From Trichodelitschia bisporula (taxonomy: Eukaryota): 64,000 nt of DNA. Below are positions 1-12,273 of the stretch, piece after piece. A model generated the notes under the pieces. That model was not told the DNA's origin and made no database searches. It worked only from the letters and a program-made list of their open reading frames with translations. Each line of letters opens with the position of its first letter. The first letter of the stretch is position 1. The DNA lies in the NCBI GenBank assembly GCA_010356995.1, contig ML996694.1, forward strand, positions 929,224 to 993,223, given 5' to 3'. A program made the position numbers and the translations under genes.

Positions 1-336
1 GTGCCATTTCTGGAGCAGCCTTTCCCTCTAGCAAACTGTGAGCGGGGACCATAGGCGCGCGGCTTGACATACTTTGAGGTTATTACCGCGTTCGGCGCAC
101 CCGAGATCGCGCTTGGTGTACACGATGAGACGCGCCCGGCCGCCGAGACTTTCCTCGAGCAGGGGATTTCTCGACGTAAGGGGAACTCGGTAGTCGCGGC
201 ACTCAATTATCACGTCGGTCGTCGACAGCAGTGTCTTCATCTTGGAGAGGCCGGCACGGTGGTGACCCAAGAAGTAGGACCGCGGCAGCGAGTCCAGAAC
301 CGGAAAGGCGGCCCTGGGGGCGAAAGTAGTCGCCAT
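1..336 (-). CDS. MTG1: Mitochondrial ribosome-associated GTPase (RbgA/YlqF family), 5' part only; gene runs off the window start
   Basis: N-terminus 'PRSYFLGHH...DVIIECRDYRVPLTSRNP...LIVYTKRDL' is typical of Mtg1. Exon 336-73, then intron about 72-28 (gtatgt...ctag). Confidence 0.88.
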
Positions 337-489
337 GGGATTAAAACGTGTACGGAATGTGACATTGCGATTGGTGATAGAGATGTAGGCTTCTCCGCAG
401 AAGTTCAGGAAATGTGCCCGGAGTTACGTTCGACCGACGCCTACGTCATTGGGGTGCTTGGAGGTCCCTTAGTCCCTAGACTGGAGTAA

Positions 490-2378
490 ATGGTAAAAGC
501 GGATAGTCTCGGCTGTCCTGTGGCGGCATCAACCACGATGCGCGCAGTGAGAAGATCTTTTCGCCGAGATGGAGCCCTCCGGCCGTTTCGGCTACTTCGC
601 CAGGACCTGGGGAATCTACCGAAGCGCTGGCTGTCCGACTGGGGGACGTTCAATCAGTTGATCCTGGCCAGCGCCGTCTATGTCTTCTTCACCAATCTCC
701 TACCGGGGATAACATTTGCCAGTGATCTGTATGTCCTGACAGGGAAGAACTGGGGCGCCATCGAGGTCGTCTTCAGCACGGGACTCTGTGGTATCATCTT
801 CTCTATGTAAGGGCTTCACCCGGACGTCATAACACTTCTGACTGCCCAGATGCTCAAGTCAGCCACTGACGATCCTCGGAGTCACTGGCCCCTTTTCAAT
901 TCTCGCGGAGAACATCTTTGCCCTTTGCAATGAATCGTTCCACGTAAGAACTCAACCTCGCGCGGAAGTCTCTGGAACTAACCCGGCCAGATACCGTTCT
1001 TGCCCTTTATGGCCTGGTCGCTGATCCATGCGGCCTGGATGCATTATCTGCTGGCTATCTTTAACGCCCATGACTGGACAATGCGCTATGTGACTAACTT
1101 TTCCACAGAGATATTCTCTCTGTTGAACAGCATCATCTACTTCCACAAGGCCATACAGGAGCTACAACGCGCCCACAAGTCGCTATCGTTTGCGGCCTTT
1201 CTGTACAGCATCATAGGCGCAATTGGCACGTGCCTTGTTGCCGTCTTCCTTTCCAGTGCTGAGTCGTGGAAGCCGCTTTTCCATCGCTACATCCGCATGG
1301 GACTACGCGAGTACGCAGCGGCAATCTCCATCATACTCTTCATCGGCTTGCCCCATGTCGGCGAGCTTGCCAGCCTCGACAAGGAGACACTACCGATCAG
1401 CCGCTCATTTCGGCCCACTAATCCCGACCGGAGCACCTTTTTTGTTCGTTTCTGGGAACTACCCGCTGCTTGGATCGGTGCGGCCATCATCCCTGGTTTC
1501 ATCATCACTGTTCTCTTCTTCTTCGATCACGAAGTTAGTAGCATAATATGCACCATATCCCGCTACGGGACGCGGAAGCCTGGCGGGTATGCCTGGGATA
1601 TCGTCTTACTGGGCACCACCACCGCGCTCTGCGGCATCCTCGGTATCCCGCCGGCAAATGGCCTTCTGCCACAGGCGCCGCTCCACTCTGAGAGCCTAAT
1701 GCACGATGACAGGGAGGCCATCGACACGGTCGGTCCCAGCGGTGATGCCCAGAGAGAGGTTCGCTCGTCGCAGCGAGTATACGAGCAGCGCTGGAGTCAC
1801 TTCCTGCATGCAGCTGGTATCCTGGCCTTCGTGAGCCCGCCGCTGATGCACGTACTGGGCTTGACTCCAACGAGCGTGCTTGCTGGTCTGTTTCTGTTCA
1901 TGGGGGAGCAGAGCCTCTCAGTGAAGTATGTCCCAAAGTGAGTCCGAGTGCTGTTGCTAAATTTCTCAGTCCCATTTTGTTCCGCACGTTTCATCTCTTG
2001 ACTCCACCATCGGAGCTGCCGACTCTGCCTGAGGAAGTACGGTCCTACCTGCCAATACATGCGTACACAGCTACGCAGGTGATTGTCACGGTTATAATCT
2101 TTATCATCACTCTGACGAAGGCGGGTCCGGCCTTTCCCGTTGTCATTATTGCGCTCGTACCCATCAGACTGCTCGTCATGAACAGGATCTGGAACCGTGA
2201 GACGTTGAGGTACGTTGACGCCTGGGCGTGCCGGAATGGGACGCCAGAAGACGACGAGGACAAGAAGCTGGCCTTGAGTTCGGACAACTTTGCCGACACT
2301 GCACCACAGATGAAGGATGGCGAGGTTGAGCTCGAGCGAATCCCTTCCGCTAATCGGAGGGCCCTGTATCATCGATAA
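490..2378 (+). CDS. BOR1: SLC4/HCO3- transporter family anion exchanger (boron transporter Bor1-like)
   Basis: Introns 807-849, about 944-989 and about 1926-1969. Splicing restores 'QPLTILGVTGP'. Also has 'FFFDH', 'GIPPANGLLPQAPLH', 'VYEQRWSH' and many TM segments. Confidence 0.85.
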
Positions 2379-2465
2379 TCACATAGTCAGCAAGACCCAA
2401 GTTAGAACCACCTCAACTGAGGCCAATAAGACACTGAGTACATAATCCACCGGGGATCAAATCGG

Positions 2466-4015
2466 TTACGCAGCTTTTGCCCAGATAAAGTTAGCGAGGG
2501 CCATGGCCTCAGCTCCCATGTCGTGATTCGCTGAATCCGGCCGGCTGCTTCAATCAGTCATGCTTTTCGGAATACTTACGCTCAGAACACTTACAGCCTG
2601 TACTTTGTCAGGTCGTACTCGGATGTCATGCTGACCTTGTCTCCCTTCCTAAAGGGAATCGCTTTGTCACAGGGCGTGTACGCCGAAATGGTCTCCCATT
2701 TCTTGCCATCAATCACTGCCGCGCCGCCCTGGACGCCATACACGGCCCGCGACTCGCAAACCTCCTTGCCTAGAACTGTCATTTTAAGTTCATCGGAAAT
2801 CCCAGAGATACGCACCGTTGACAAACACCTTGATGTTCACGCCGCCGTCATGTATATGCGGCGTGAAGTCGACAAAGTAGCCATCCTCCGTTACCGTCCA
2901 CTCAGCACCCTTGTACGTAATTGCGCGGTCCTTAGGAGGCGTAAACTGGCCCACCGGCTGGAAGCAATCATCGACGCTGAGGGCACCCATGCCAACATCG
3001 AGCAAGCCGGGGATTTTGCCTGGGACCCACTCAAAGTCGACGGTGAGAAAAATCTCCTTGTCGACAGGGTCGTAGTTGACGATCTCTGAAGTGAACTGGA
3101 AGGTGTCCGACTTCGTAATGTAGACGCCGCTCTTGACGTTACTGTTCCTCGCCGCGAAGGCGCTCCCGGATCCGGCCGAGCCGCCACCACCTACGAACAC
3201 GGCGACAGCGGGAATGAGGTTGTCGAACCAACTAGATGAACTGGCAGGGGCGGAGCCCTTTGATGGAGTAGAGATCTTGGGCGTCCCATTTACTCCGTTC
3301 GGTAGCTGACGCCTACCGTGCGAGTGAGCAAGCGCAGCTGACGAAGGGCTCGGAACGGACTTTGAGGTCGACATCATGCCTCCCATGTTCATCCCGAACA
3401 TGCCACCGCCGGGGCACTTGGGCGGGTTGAGGGGCATGAAGAGCTGCTTCCTCCCAAACTTTGTCTGTCAGCTGAGGCCTTGCCCCGTCCCGCCGGACTT
3501 ACCTGCGACATGATGATGTGATGGGTGTAGACGCCTGTAGCAACATCGGCTTGCTTGCCATCCTTGTAGGCAAGATTGGCGATTGCCTTCAGGACGGTGC
3601 AGTCGGTGCAAGGAGGCGAGACCATCCCGCCCAGGGTGTCGCTGTTCGGGTCCAGTTTGATCCCCCCACTGAGGCCCGGAGCAGCGTGAGTTGACTGCGG
3701 TCATCAGCACAGCCTACCTACGGGCGTAGAGCATACATTGCTTGCCGGCAGTTTATACGGGCCCCACATCTTGAACTCCCTCGTAGCCTTTGGATCAAGT
3801 TCCGGCGCGAGCTTCTTCAGCGTCACACCTGCTTTGGCCGGTCCATAGGCCCAATTTGCCAGGGCGCTGAGCACTTGCCGTGGTTCTGTTCAGTTAGCAA
3901 CAAGAAGCGAAAGTAAAAAGCGTTATAAGTGCTTACGGAGGTTTTTTGACTCCTGCTCCATCGGAGCGCAGCTCACTAGGAATGGCGGCAGCAAGAAAAG
4001 AGTAATTGTCTTCAT
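2466..4015 (-). CDS. Secreted protein with PHM/copper type II monooxygenase-like (SURNod19-like) motifs
   Basis: Signal peptide MKTITLFLLPPFLVSCA. Introns 3936-3886, about 3736 down to roughly 3690 (acceptor uncertain), 3502-3459, 2815-2770 and 2594-2545. Motifs 'YTHHII', 'PHIHDGG' and C-terminal 'AEAMA'. Stop TAA at 2468-2466. Confidence 0.7.
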
Positions 4016-4575
4016 TTTGGCAGCTCGGGGAGTTGTGTTCGCTGGTCATGGCTTGGAAAAACGTCGAATTTAAGTCACCGCTGGCTGCTTCGATGCATCC
4101 TTTGCAGTACAAGTCAATATAATATGCAATGCGGTGAATCTGAACAGGTGTGGCAGGCGAACGTCGGCTGAAACGGCGTTGAATCCAACCAGCGAAGCCG
4201 CTGTGGCCGCGGTTGCATGGCCACGGAGATTCGTGTGGCTAAAATGGCTGTTCTAATGTTATAGAATAAACGTCAACCATATAACCAGCCTCGATCGAGC
4301 AGGCTCAACGGTAGCTGCCACAGAAGGTGGGTTAGCCAATAGGCCGATTCGAACCATGAAACTTCCACGGAATATCCATCAATCAACGGACCCCAGCGCG
4401 TACCTTGGATCGAGCAATAAATCTGCATTATGGAAGGCTGAATACTTTGCCAGCGGCAACTCCTCATTCTAGCGCGATTCTCCACACTTTCGATGTTTCG
4501 CTTGATTGCTGGAAACGAATGCAACATTGGTCTCCGAGCTGTCGTTTGGACAAAATCGGGGCGTTGTGGGCAAGC

Positions 4576-6506
4576 TTATTCGATGATTTCCCCCAAGTTA
4601 TGTATGACGTCCTCCAGTGCTTCCACTGTGTCGGGCGGGAGCCGGCTTCGGTGCGTTTCTAAGGCTTTGGCTGCCTGATTTCGCAGTAGTTCACATTGCG
4701 ATTTACTCGCCTGGCGAAGCTTCTTTGGCGCCTTGGACACGAGTGCTTCAACAAGTTGGTATCCGGCCAGGGCTTGGTCAAGCTGAATGTTCTCCGTCGG
4801 TGGCTCCAGACTCGAGAGCAGCGAAACAAGTGCCATCCACGACTCCTTAGACTTAGCCACAGCACCTGATTCTAAGACGGAAATTAAAACGTCCAAGATG
4901 CCTCGAACGTCGACTGAGTACGGCTGCCCCGGTTGCACGGAGCGGCGCAGGTCGTCCGCCAACACACTCCACCCGTCGTTGTCCAAGAAGGCCTGAGCGG
5001 CCTCCTCGGTGTGGACCAGAGCGCTGAGAGCTGCGATCAGAGGGTCCCGGAAATCGACGCTTGCGCTCCCGAGGGTACTTGACCGATAGAGCGAAGTGAA
5101 CACATCCATGATGCCGACCGCCTGCTCACGCAAAGCAGTACCATCATCCTCTCGAAGCCACAGCGCCAGAAGACGAAGTCCAGCAACGAAAATTGGATCC
5201 TTTTGCGGCTGCATGCGAGGATCGTCTTCCGACGAGGACATAATCTTTTTCGGTTCGGAGCCAGTGTCCTGGGTGGAATCCCACCGATCGCGAAAATATT
5301 CCAAAGTCAAGGACAAAGTTTCTCCAAAATCCTTCCGCAGCTTAAGGAGGAGATCTGGTGTAAGGCCGGAGGCTGCAAGGTCGGTGGAGTCGTCACCTTC
5401 AAGCAGCTGGAACAAGTACAGGACAAAGGCACAGAGGGTGTCAAACGATGCAGCAAGGCGGAGAGCAGTAATGGAGTAGGTGTCTGCTGACATTTCCATA
5501 AGAGAAGGTATCGTAGAGCGGACATCGATCAACACCAGAGTAGTGAAGATGTAGGAAAACGGTTTGCTCGGGGTCTTTGTGGAGGTAGCGGCCTCGTGGA
5601 AGAGAAGAGGTGGCAGATTGACCGAGGCAGAACAGCTTTGCAGGAGACTGCCAACAAGAGCCACGATTGCTCTGCGAGTTCGGAGCGCCGGTCGTTCGAG
5701 GACACTGCGACGCACCATAGAGAACAATTCTGGAAGCCAGAGGGGCTCGCTTTCGATCTTTGAACGATTAGCATCTTGGACTTGATCAACAGGATCAAAT
5801 AGAAAATATCAAAGGTCAGGGACGTTCGTTTACTCACGTGAGATCGTGTTAGGCTCTCCGCAACTGCCTCAAAGATGGGCGTTGGATCGGTACCTTTGCA
5901 GGCTTCGAGCAGAGTGCCAAACATCTTGTCCCACGCCTTTCGGCCCGAACCATCCAGATTGCCATCCTTCTGCAAAAGCCAAAGCAACCTTACAGTTTCC
6001 TTAAGTGTGCTCTGGCTCTGATTAGCTAGATGAAAGAATGCCTCAGTGTCCTCAGGAGGAGTCGAGATGAAAGCAGCCGCGCCCGGTGGGTTACTAGCAA
6101 TGCACTGCAGGGTTTGGAGGACGTCTGGTCGAGAGGACTCTACAATATTCGGACTGATCCTAATCAGAGGAGACACAAACTTTATCATTTTCTCTTCCTG
6201 CACTTTTTCCGTCGGAAGCAGGTTCGTAAAGATATGGATAATGGCGGCGGCTAGATGGCGCATGCCAGCTTCCTTTTCTCCCATCCCCTTGCTCTTGAGC
6301 AAACGGTGCAGGAAGGTCCCTGGGACAGCATCCCAGCAGCTAGAAACAGTTTGGGGGTTGGTTCGCAACTGCTCATCGGAATCGAGCAAAGAGCGTAGGA
6401 GCGAGAGGCCAACAAAGCGGGAAGTATCGTCACGAGCCTTAAGCAGAGGCACAATCTGGTCCAATGCAGCCTCTGAAGAAACTGGGTGAGCTCCGTCGGT
6501 GGACAT
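4576..6506 (-). CDS. Neurochondrin-family (armadillo-like) protein
   Basis: N-terminal 'LLKARDDTSRFVGLSLL...WDAVPGTFLHRLL' and 'LALWLREDD' are characteristic of the family. One intron (5837-5758) joins the two long ORFs. Confidence 0.8.
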
Positions 6507-7370
6507 TTCGGATAGATCGGTTGATGGGGTGAATTAGTGATACGAAGGACGTTGGTATGTATGGTTATCGTGTGGGTGTGCGCATTACATCAAGCTGTTT
6601 GATGCCAAGCATTGAGGCCGAATGTTAGGCCTGAGGCATTCACAACTATGGAAATACACCGGTGATGGACAGTTATAGCCTTCCCAAATATCTCGTATAT
6701 GATTGCGTGGCTATGCAGAATAGGGCAGGCCGTAAACTGACTGACTTACAGTACGGTAGTATGCAAAGTCAAGCCAATGCGTAGAATCATATATCCATCC
6801 GTAGCATGGAGGCAGGTTGGTTGAAGCCGAAGACATGTTAGATCACGGACATTTGATTGGGTGTCTAGAACAACCTATATACGGTCTCGGCAGGCCGAAG
6901 CACAAAATGTACTATTTAGGTCATAGGATATGCACGGCGTACAGTACGTTATAGTTCTAGAACTACTACTAGAACTAAGTGGCTACTCCGTCAACCTCAT
7001 AGACTAAGGTTAGTAAACAACAACAACAACCACCTTCAATTGTGATACTTCCATCTGGTAATAATTCAACTGCCCAGTTCCGCTGTTCCACCACAATCGG
7101 CGTCAGGTCCAATTCTCCTCTCTTGGCCCCGGCCCCGCTGTGACCCAAAAAAAAGTGCAGAGGGAGAGGAAGAAGGGTGAACGGCACACCTGAGGCACAC
7201 ACCGCACTCTCCTCCCCTTCTCCCCCCCTCCCCCCCATCCCCCCCCACCTCCTGCAGGCATTTTGCCTTCCTCCGAGATACAGTACCCCTCCATTTCTAA
7301 CCTCCCAACACCCCCGAAAGTCATTCACTCTTGGACTCAAACATCACCAAAGCTCACCGTCGCCCTCAAA

Positions 7371-9500
7371 ATGGGCGCGTCGGGTGAGCCTCCGAGTGAG
7401 GCCGCACTCAGTGACGCGTCGTTCGGTTCCCTGTCAGAACCCTTTACCCTTCCCTCCGCAGCTGGCCGCCCCGCACCCGCTTCCGCAGGGCATAGCCTCT
7501 TCAGCAGAGAGGCTCCGCCTTATAACGAACCGAACTCAACCGCGCCCGACCTTCCGCACCACCTATCCGCTGATCGCGGCCCAATCGTGCATGTTCGCTC
7601 GCCGTCATGCCAGACTCCAAATTACCTACCGCTGGGCCTTGGGTTGGCTCACGGATCTGACGCACCCTTCTTTGGGTCCTCCGCCAGCCTTCATCATACC
7701 ACCCGCGCTCCCTCCGACGAGCTCCTCGCTTCCGCCGCTATTCCTCTCACCTCACTGCCTATACCGATGGACCGCCCTGTCGTAAGATCCGGCCTCTCTG
7801 CTTCCGGCGCTGCTTCACATTACTCCGTATCGCCCGCCTCGGTAATCAGCTCCCCCGCCCTCGCCGCCATGACAGATATAACTCCCCTACCGTCGCCTCT
7901 CATGCCCGAAGACTCGCCGGGTCCATGGCGCCGCTCGCTCATCGCTCGTCCGGGCTCGTCTGGCTCGCTGGGAAGCGTCAAGGAAGAAGTGCTGGACTAT
8001 CTTTCCACCCCCACCAGATCTTCTTCCGGTACAAGAAAGAAGAAGACATACCCGAACTTGGTATCAGCGGCGGTCGAGAGCAGCAGCAGCGCCAACGCAC
8101 AGTTCAGAAAGAACGTATCGGCCCATGCCCGCAACCGAAGCCTTAGCGAATTCGCTTCCGAGGCTCTCCATAACGTACGGCCACGTAACACGACCATCGT
8201 GGGACCGTATGACCCCCAGCTTGAAGCTACCCGTCCTGGAGTCCACATGCAACGGGAGGCGTATCTTGCAGAGCAACGGGGGTTCGTCCAACCGGCCGCC
8301 TCGGCAGGTGCCGGGCTGCCGACTCCTCCACCGAGCAACCGCAGCGTGAATGAGAGCGAAGAGGAGGAGGTCCGTGACGAAGAATCTCACCCGGGCAGTC
8401 TCACTGTGAGGGTGGGGCCAGATATGCGGAAGCGACGATATCGTCCTGTGCGTCGTCTCGGACAAGGCACCTTTAGCAAAGTAGTTCTTGCGACCAGTCA
8501 ATCCATACCGCCAAACGCCGTCCTCGACGAAGGGAGTGAAGCCTGGCTAGACCCCAAGTATCTTGTCGCCATAAAAATAGTCGAACACGGCCCTGCGGGG
8601 GGTGCCGATGAGGAACGAGTCGAACTGGGCCTGAAGCGCGAGGTTGAAGTCCTGCGGTCCATTTCTCACCCATCACTCATACACCTAAAAGCTTTTGACT
8701 GTAATGAAACGGAAGCGCTTCTGGTCCTCAACTATTGTCCTGGCGGAGACCTTTTCGACCTCACCAGTGCGCATCACGACTTCTTGCAGCAAAAAGTGGT
8801 TCAACGTATATTTTCCGAGTTGGTTGGGGCGGTGCGGTACCTGCATTCAAAATGGATCGTTCACCGTGACATTAAACTTGAGAGTAGGTGGTCTTGCTGT
8901 GAATTGGTGCTAAAGCTGATTTCGTTTACCAAAGATACCCTTCTCAATGTTCCAGTTTCTGCGCTCCCGACGATAGCGGACCCATTGACGTACCCGCACC
9001 CTCTGGTAACGCTCACTGACCTCGGACTCAGCCGCAAGATCCCCGAACCACCCGCCAGCCCGCTTCTCACGACACGCTGCGGATCGGAAGACTATGCGGC
9101 TCCGGAAATCATGCTAAGCCAGCCTTATGACGGTCGCCAAACAGATGCCTGGGCGCTGGGCGTTCTTCTGTACGCATTGATGGAGGGACGTCTACCATTT
9201 GATGCGCCGCCCCCACGACCGGGCGCAAAGCCGATAAGAGGACGAAGTCGTACCGGGCATCGAATTGCGAGATGCGAGTGGATATGGTGCCGCTTTGGCG
9301 ATGATGATGGGGACTGGGATGCTACCAGGGGTGCAGGGTGGGAGGAGGCCCGCGAATGTGTCGAAGGTTTACTTCGAAAAGTGAGCCGAGGCCGCTATAG
9401 CCTTGATGAGCTTGCAGAGAAAAAGTGGGTGAAGGAGGGCATCCAAACCGAGGGCGGCCTGGTTCGGGAACCGCATGCTGATGAAGATATGGATGGATGA
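7371..9500 (+). CDS. Ser/Thr protein kinase, CAMK-like (yeast Prr1-like)
   Basis: Motifs GQGTFSKV, VAIK, HRDIKLEN (after removing intron 8884-8934), DLG, 'TRCGSEDYAAPE' and 'DAWALGV'. Long Ser/Pro-rich N-terminus. First ATG at 7371. Confidence 0.85.
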   Translation: MGASGEPPSEAALSDASFGSLSEPFTLPSAAGRPAPASAGHSLFSREAPPYNEPNSTAPDLPHHLSADRGPIVHVRSPSCQTPNYLPLGLGLAHGSDAPFFGSSASLHHTTRAPSDELLASAAIPLTSLPIPMDRPVVRSGLSASGAASHYSVSPASVISSPALAAMTDITPLPSPLMPEDSPGPWRRSLIARPGSSGSLGSVKEEVLDYLSTPTRSSSGTRKKKTYPNLVSAAVESSSSANAQFRKNVSAHARNRSLSEFASEALHNVRPRNTTIVGPYDPQLEATRPGVHMQREAYLAEQRGFVQPAASAGAGLPTPPPSNRSVNESEEEEVRDEESHPGSLTVRVGPDMRKRRYRPVRRLGQGTFSKVVLATSQSIPPNAVLDEGSEAWLDPKYLVAIKIVEHGPAGGADEERVELGLKREVEVLRSISHPSLIHLKAFDCNETEALLVLNYCPGGDLFDLTSAHHDFLQQKVVQRIFSELVGAVRYLHSKWIVHRDIKLESRWSCCELVLKLISFTKDTLLNVPVSALPTIADPLTYPHPLVTLTDLGLSRKIPEPPASPLLTTRCGSEDYAAPEIMLSQPYDGRQTDAWALGVLLYALMEGRLPFDAPPPRPGAKPIRGRSRTGHRIARCEWIWCRFGDDDGDWDATRGAGWEEARECVEGLLRKVSRGRYSLDELAEKKWVKEGIQTEGGLVREPHADEDMDG

Positions 9501-10117
9501 CGGCGGCTTGGATATAGACCGCTGGAGGTGAAGTCTCTTACGAAGAGCGATTTATAGGGCGGGATATATGAACTGTCATCCCGAGTGGGTGAAGTGACAG
9601 GCTAGGCGTGGGTTCAGTCAGGATAGGTATGGGAGAGGGTCGGTCGCACAGTCTTTACCCCTCGGGTGTGCACCTCCTTTAATGGCGCAATTGCCCGCTC
9701 TGAGTAGGTCTTTTCCAGTATTTTTCATCATCTACAGTTTCTTTGTTTGTTATATCCGGCACTAGGTGGTGATACCATACAATCAAGAAGCAGATCGGGA
9801 AGCGAGGGGTTCAGGATAGATGTGTATCTTCCGGGCCATGTGTCCATATTATGTACCAATAGCTAGATAAGCATCAATCTGCTATCATCCATTGCTGCGC
9901 GTGTATGTAGTGCCAGGTACTCATAGTGTGTGATCTTGAAGATGAAGTACCAATTGCCAAGAGAATGGACGCGTTCGGAATACCCGCACAGCCACATGTG
10001 GCGGAAACTGTCGGTGATCGGTGACCTTCGCGAAACCATTGATCGCAGGAGCCAAACGCGCCTCAAACCCCCAACTTCACTCTTCCCTCGCATCTCCCCC
10101 TACGACGACGAGCAACC

Positions 10118-10989
10118 ATGCCACAATCTACGAGCCACGGTGAGGACACTGATGTTCTGCTTCGGCAAACTCTCGAAGCCGAATATGTGGAGAATGTATC
10201 TCTGACCTCCGTAAATTTAGCCGCGCGCATCCAACACGGTGTCTCCGCAAACAGCCCGCTTCCACCTTCGGTAGAGGCCGCATACTACCGCAAATGCATC
10301 GAGCTCAAGCGGCGCATTACCGAGATCGAAGACAACAACGATCAGCTGCGCGTCCGCAAGCTCCGCATCAACAGGGGCATCCTCAAGCTCCGCCTGGAGC
10401 GCGCGATGCTGCTCGAGCGCATTGAAGCCCTGATGCAGCCCAACGTCGATGAGTCGGATCGGAGCACCAGCCCACCTGCTACGGTATGTCTTCGTCCCGA
10501 TTGTTCGCGGAGGAAGCCTGACGTCGAGTATAGCCTCAAGATAAGCCGCTGCGGGCGAAGCGCGGTCACCGCTCGAAGGGCACTCCACCCCCGGCAGGTG
10601 CACAGCCATCACCTTCGGAACCTACTTCCTACCCACCCGCAAATGCCACGCCGGCTTCCGCTACCTCGAGGTTCTTCAACACCTACCAGCAGTCTCCGCT
10701 CGTTTCTACGCCGACCGTTGTCCCAGCGACTACCACAACGGCCAATGGGACTCCCGCCCAAGGCAGTGCGTCGCGCTCCGGTCGTCCTTCAGCTTCGCGC
10801 TACGACACGTACGATGAGAGTCATGAGAACGGCGACGACAGCAACCAAGCTGCGCAGGAGAGCGAAGAATCGGCAGAGGGCCGCGGCGAGATGAATGGCG
10901 GAGATCGGGATACGGAGATGTCAGACGCTGGCAGCCCGAGTCGGCAAGGCAGTGGCTTTGGCGGAGGTTTCGCGTCTGTCAATGGTTAG
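10118..10989 (+). CDS. IEC3: INO80 complex subunit Iec3-like
   Basis: 'LPPSVEAAYYRKCIELKRRITEIE...ILKLRLERAMLLE' coiled coil. Intron 10484-10533. Exon 2 reads 'PQDKPLRAKR...GGFASVNG*'. Confidence 0.7.
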
Positions 10990-11453
10990 ACTACAGCGTT
11001 AGAGTTCAGATCGGTCGGGAGTCTTCGGGATGTCTGCATTCGGCGGGGTCTTTTAACGGGGGTTTATCGGCGTCAGTTGTCACTGCAATGAAGACGATTC
11101 GGGTATTTTAACTGTATTATGGGCCATTGCTAGTTAACTCCGCAAAGGGATGCCATAATCCTCAGCTACAGATGTTGGTTCGGTGCACTATCACATCCAG
11201 AAGTGCCGCTATCCGCGCCTAAACTGCATATTTGACTCCTTACAGTGCAAGACCGTAAATTACAGCCTTGAGGGGGTTGGTGATCAACAGATGCAAGCCA
11301 GATAAAAGGCCATGCTTACAGTATCCCAACTGCAATCCCACGGTTTCCACAGCGCTTCGTTTCTGGTGTGAGAACTCCAGTGGATAGGAGGTTGACTGGC
11401 AGCTGCGTGTCGGATTTAACTTTTTGAAGCCAGAATCCAATGCACCGCAGACC

Positions 11454-12071
11454 TCACACGAACGAGGTAACCTTCCTCACAGGCTTCCGATCCACCTTGC
11501 TGACAGCCTTCTTCCCAGACATCATAGTCGGCCGACCCTTCAACCACATATCCTTGATGTGCTTGGTGTGTTTGTTCATCTTCGGTGGCAGAAGGGGATT
11601 CGCCTGGTCGAGAACATGGACAGCGACAGGCCCACGCTTGACATCCTTCGGTGGGCGACCGGATAGAGCCACAGCCCGGGATTTCGCGACCGGTGCACGA
11701 GACACAACCGCGGTGTCACTATCCTCTGCACTCGATTCACCATCCTCGGATTGTCCGCCTTCCTCGTCGGCAGATTCCTCGGCTGCCTGCTCCACCTTCC
11801 TCCGCTTCGAGTTCTGGGCCTGATCTTTGAGTTGCGCGTCGCGCTGCGTTCGGCGCCGCTTCTCGGCTGCCTTTTGCTCCTGGATTGCCTTTGCGGCGTC
11901 GGCTCGGAGGGCGCGCGATTGGAGCTGTGCGGTGGAGAGAGATATCGCTTCGGGGGCTTCGTCTGAGTCGGAGGCGGAGTCGTCGGCTTCGGGAGATGGG
12001 TTCTGGGGAACGGAGGTTTGGCGCTCATTCCGCGCCGTGTGAGAAGCGGCTTTTTGGGTCTTTGGTGGCAT
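11454..12071 (-). CDS. Small charged nucleolar-type protein, probable U3 snoRNA-associated (Bud21/Utp16-like)
   Basis: Single 205-aa ORF with 'SDSDEAPEAISLS' motif followed by a K/R-rich coiled coil. Confidence 0.55.
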   Translation of the reverse strand: MPPKTQKAASHTARNERQTSVPQNPSPEADDSASDSDEAPEAISLSTAQLQSRALRADAAKAIQEQKAAEKRRRTQRDAQLKDQAQNSKRRKVEQAAEESADEEGGQSEDGESSAEDSDTAVVSRAPVAKSRAVALSGRPPKDVKRGPVAVHVLDQANPLLPPKMNKHTKHIKDMWLKGRPTMMSGKKAVSKVDRKPVRKVTSFV

Positions 12072-12273
12072 TTTGGCGGGTTGAAGATGCGGGCGTGGAA
12101 AGTTGAGAAATGTTTCGCGGCGCCGGCACTCTCAGAGTTCGCCGCCCTTTTTGTTCGTGCGCCACATGTGGCGCGCAACGTCAAGTTCAACTCCACCATT
12201 TGATATCACGACGTGCACGACACCAAACGCAACAAAATCGACCACGTCCCTTTCGGCGTCCTCCTCCGTCGAA

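Noticed and set aside
4340..4362. GGTTCGAATC tRNA T-loop-like motif on the minus strand
   Set aside because: The flanks do not form a T-stem or cloverleaf.
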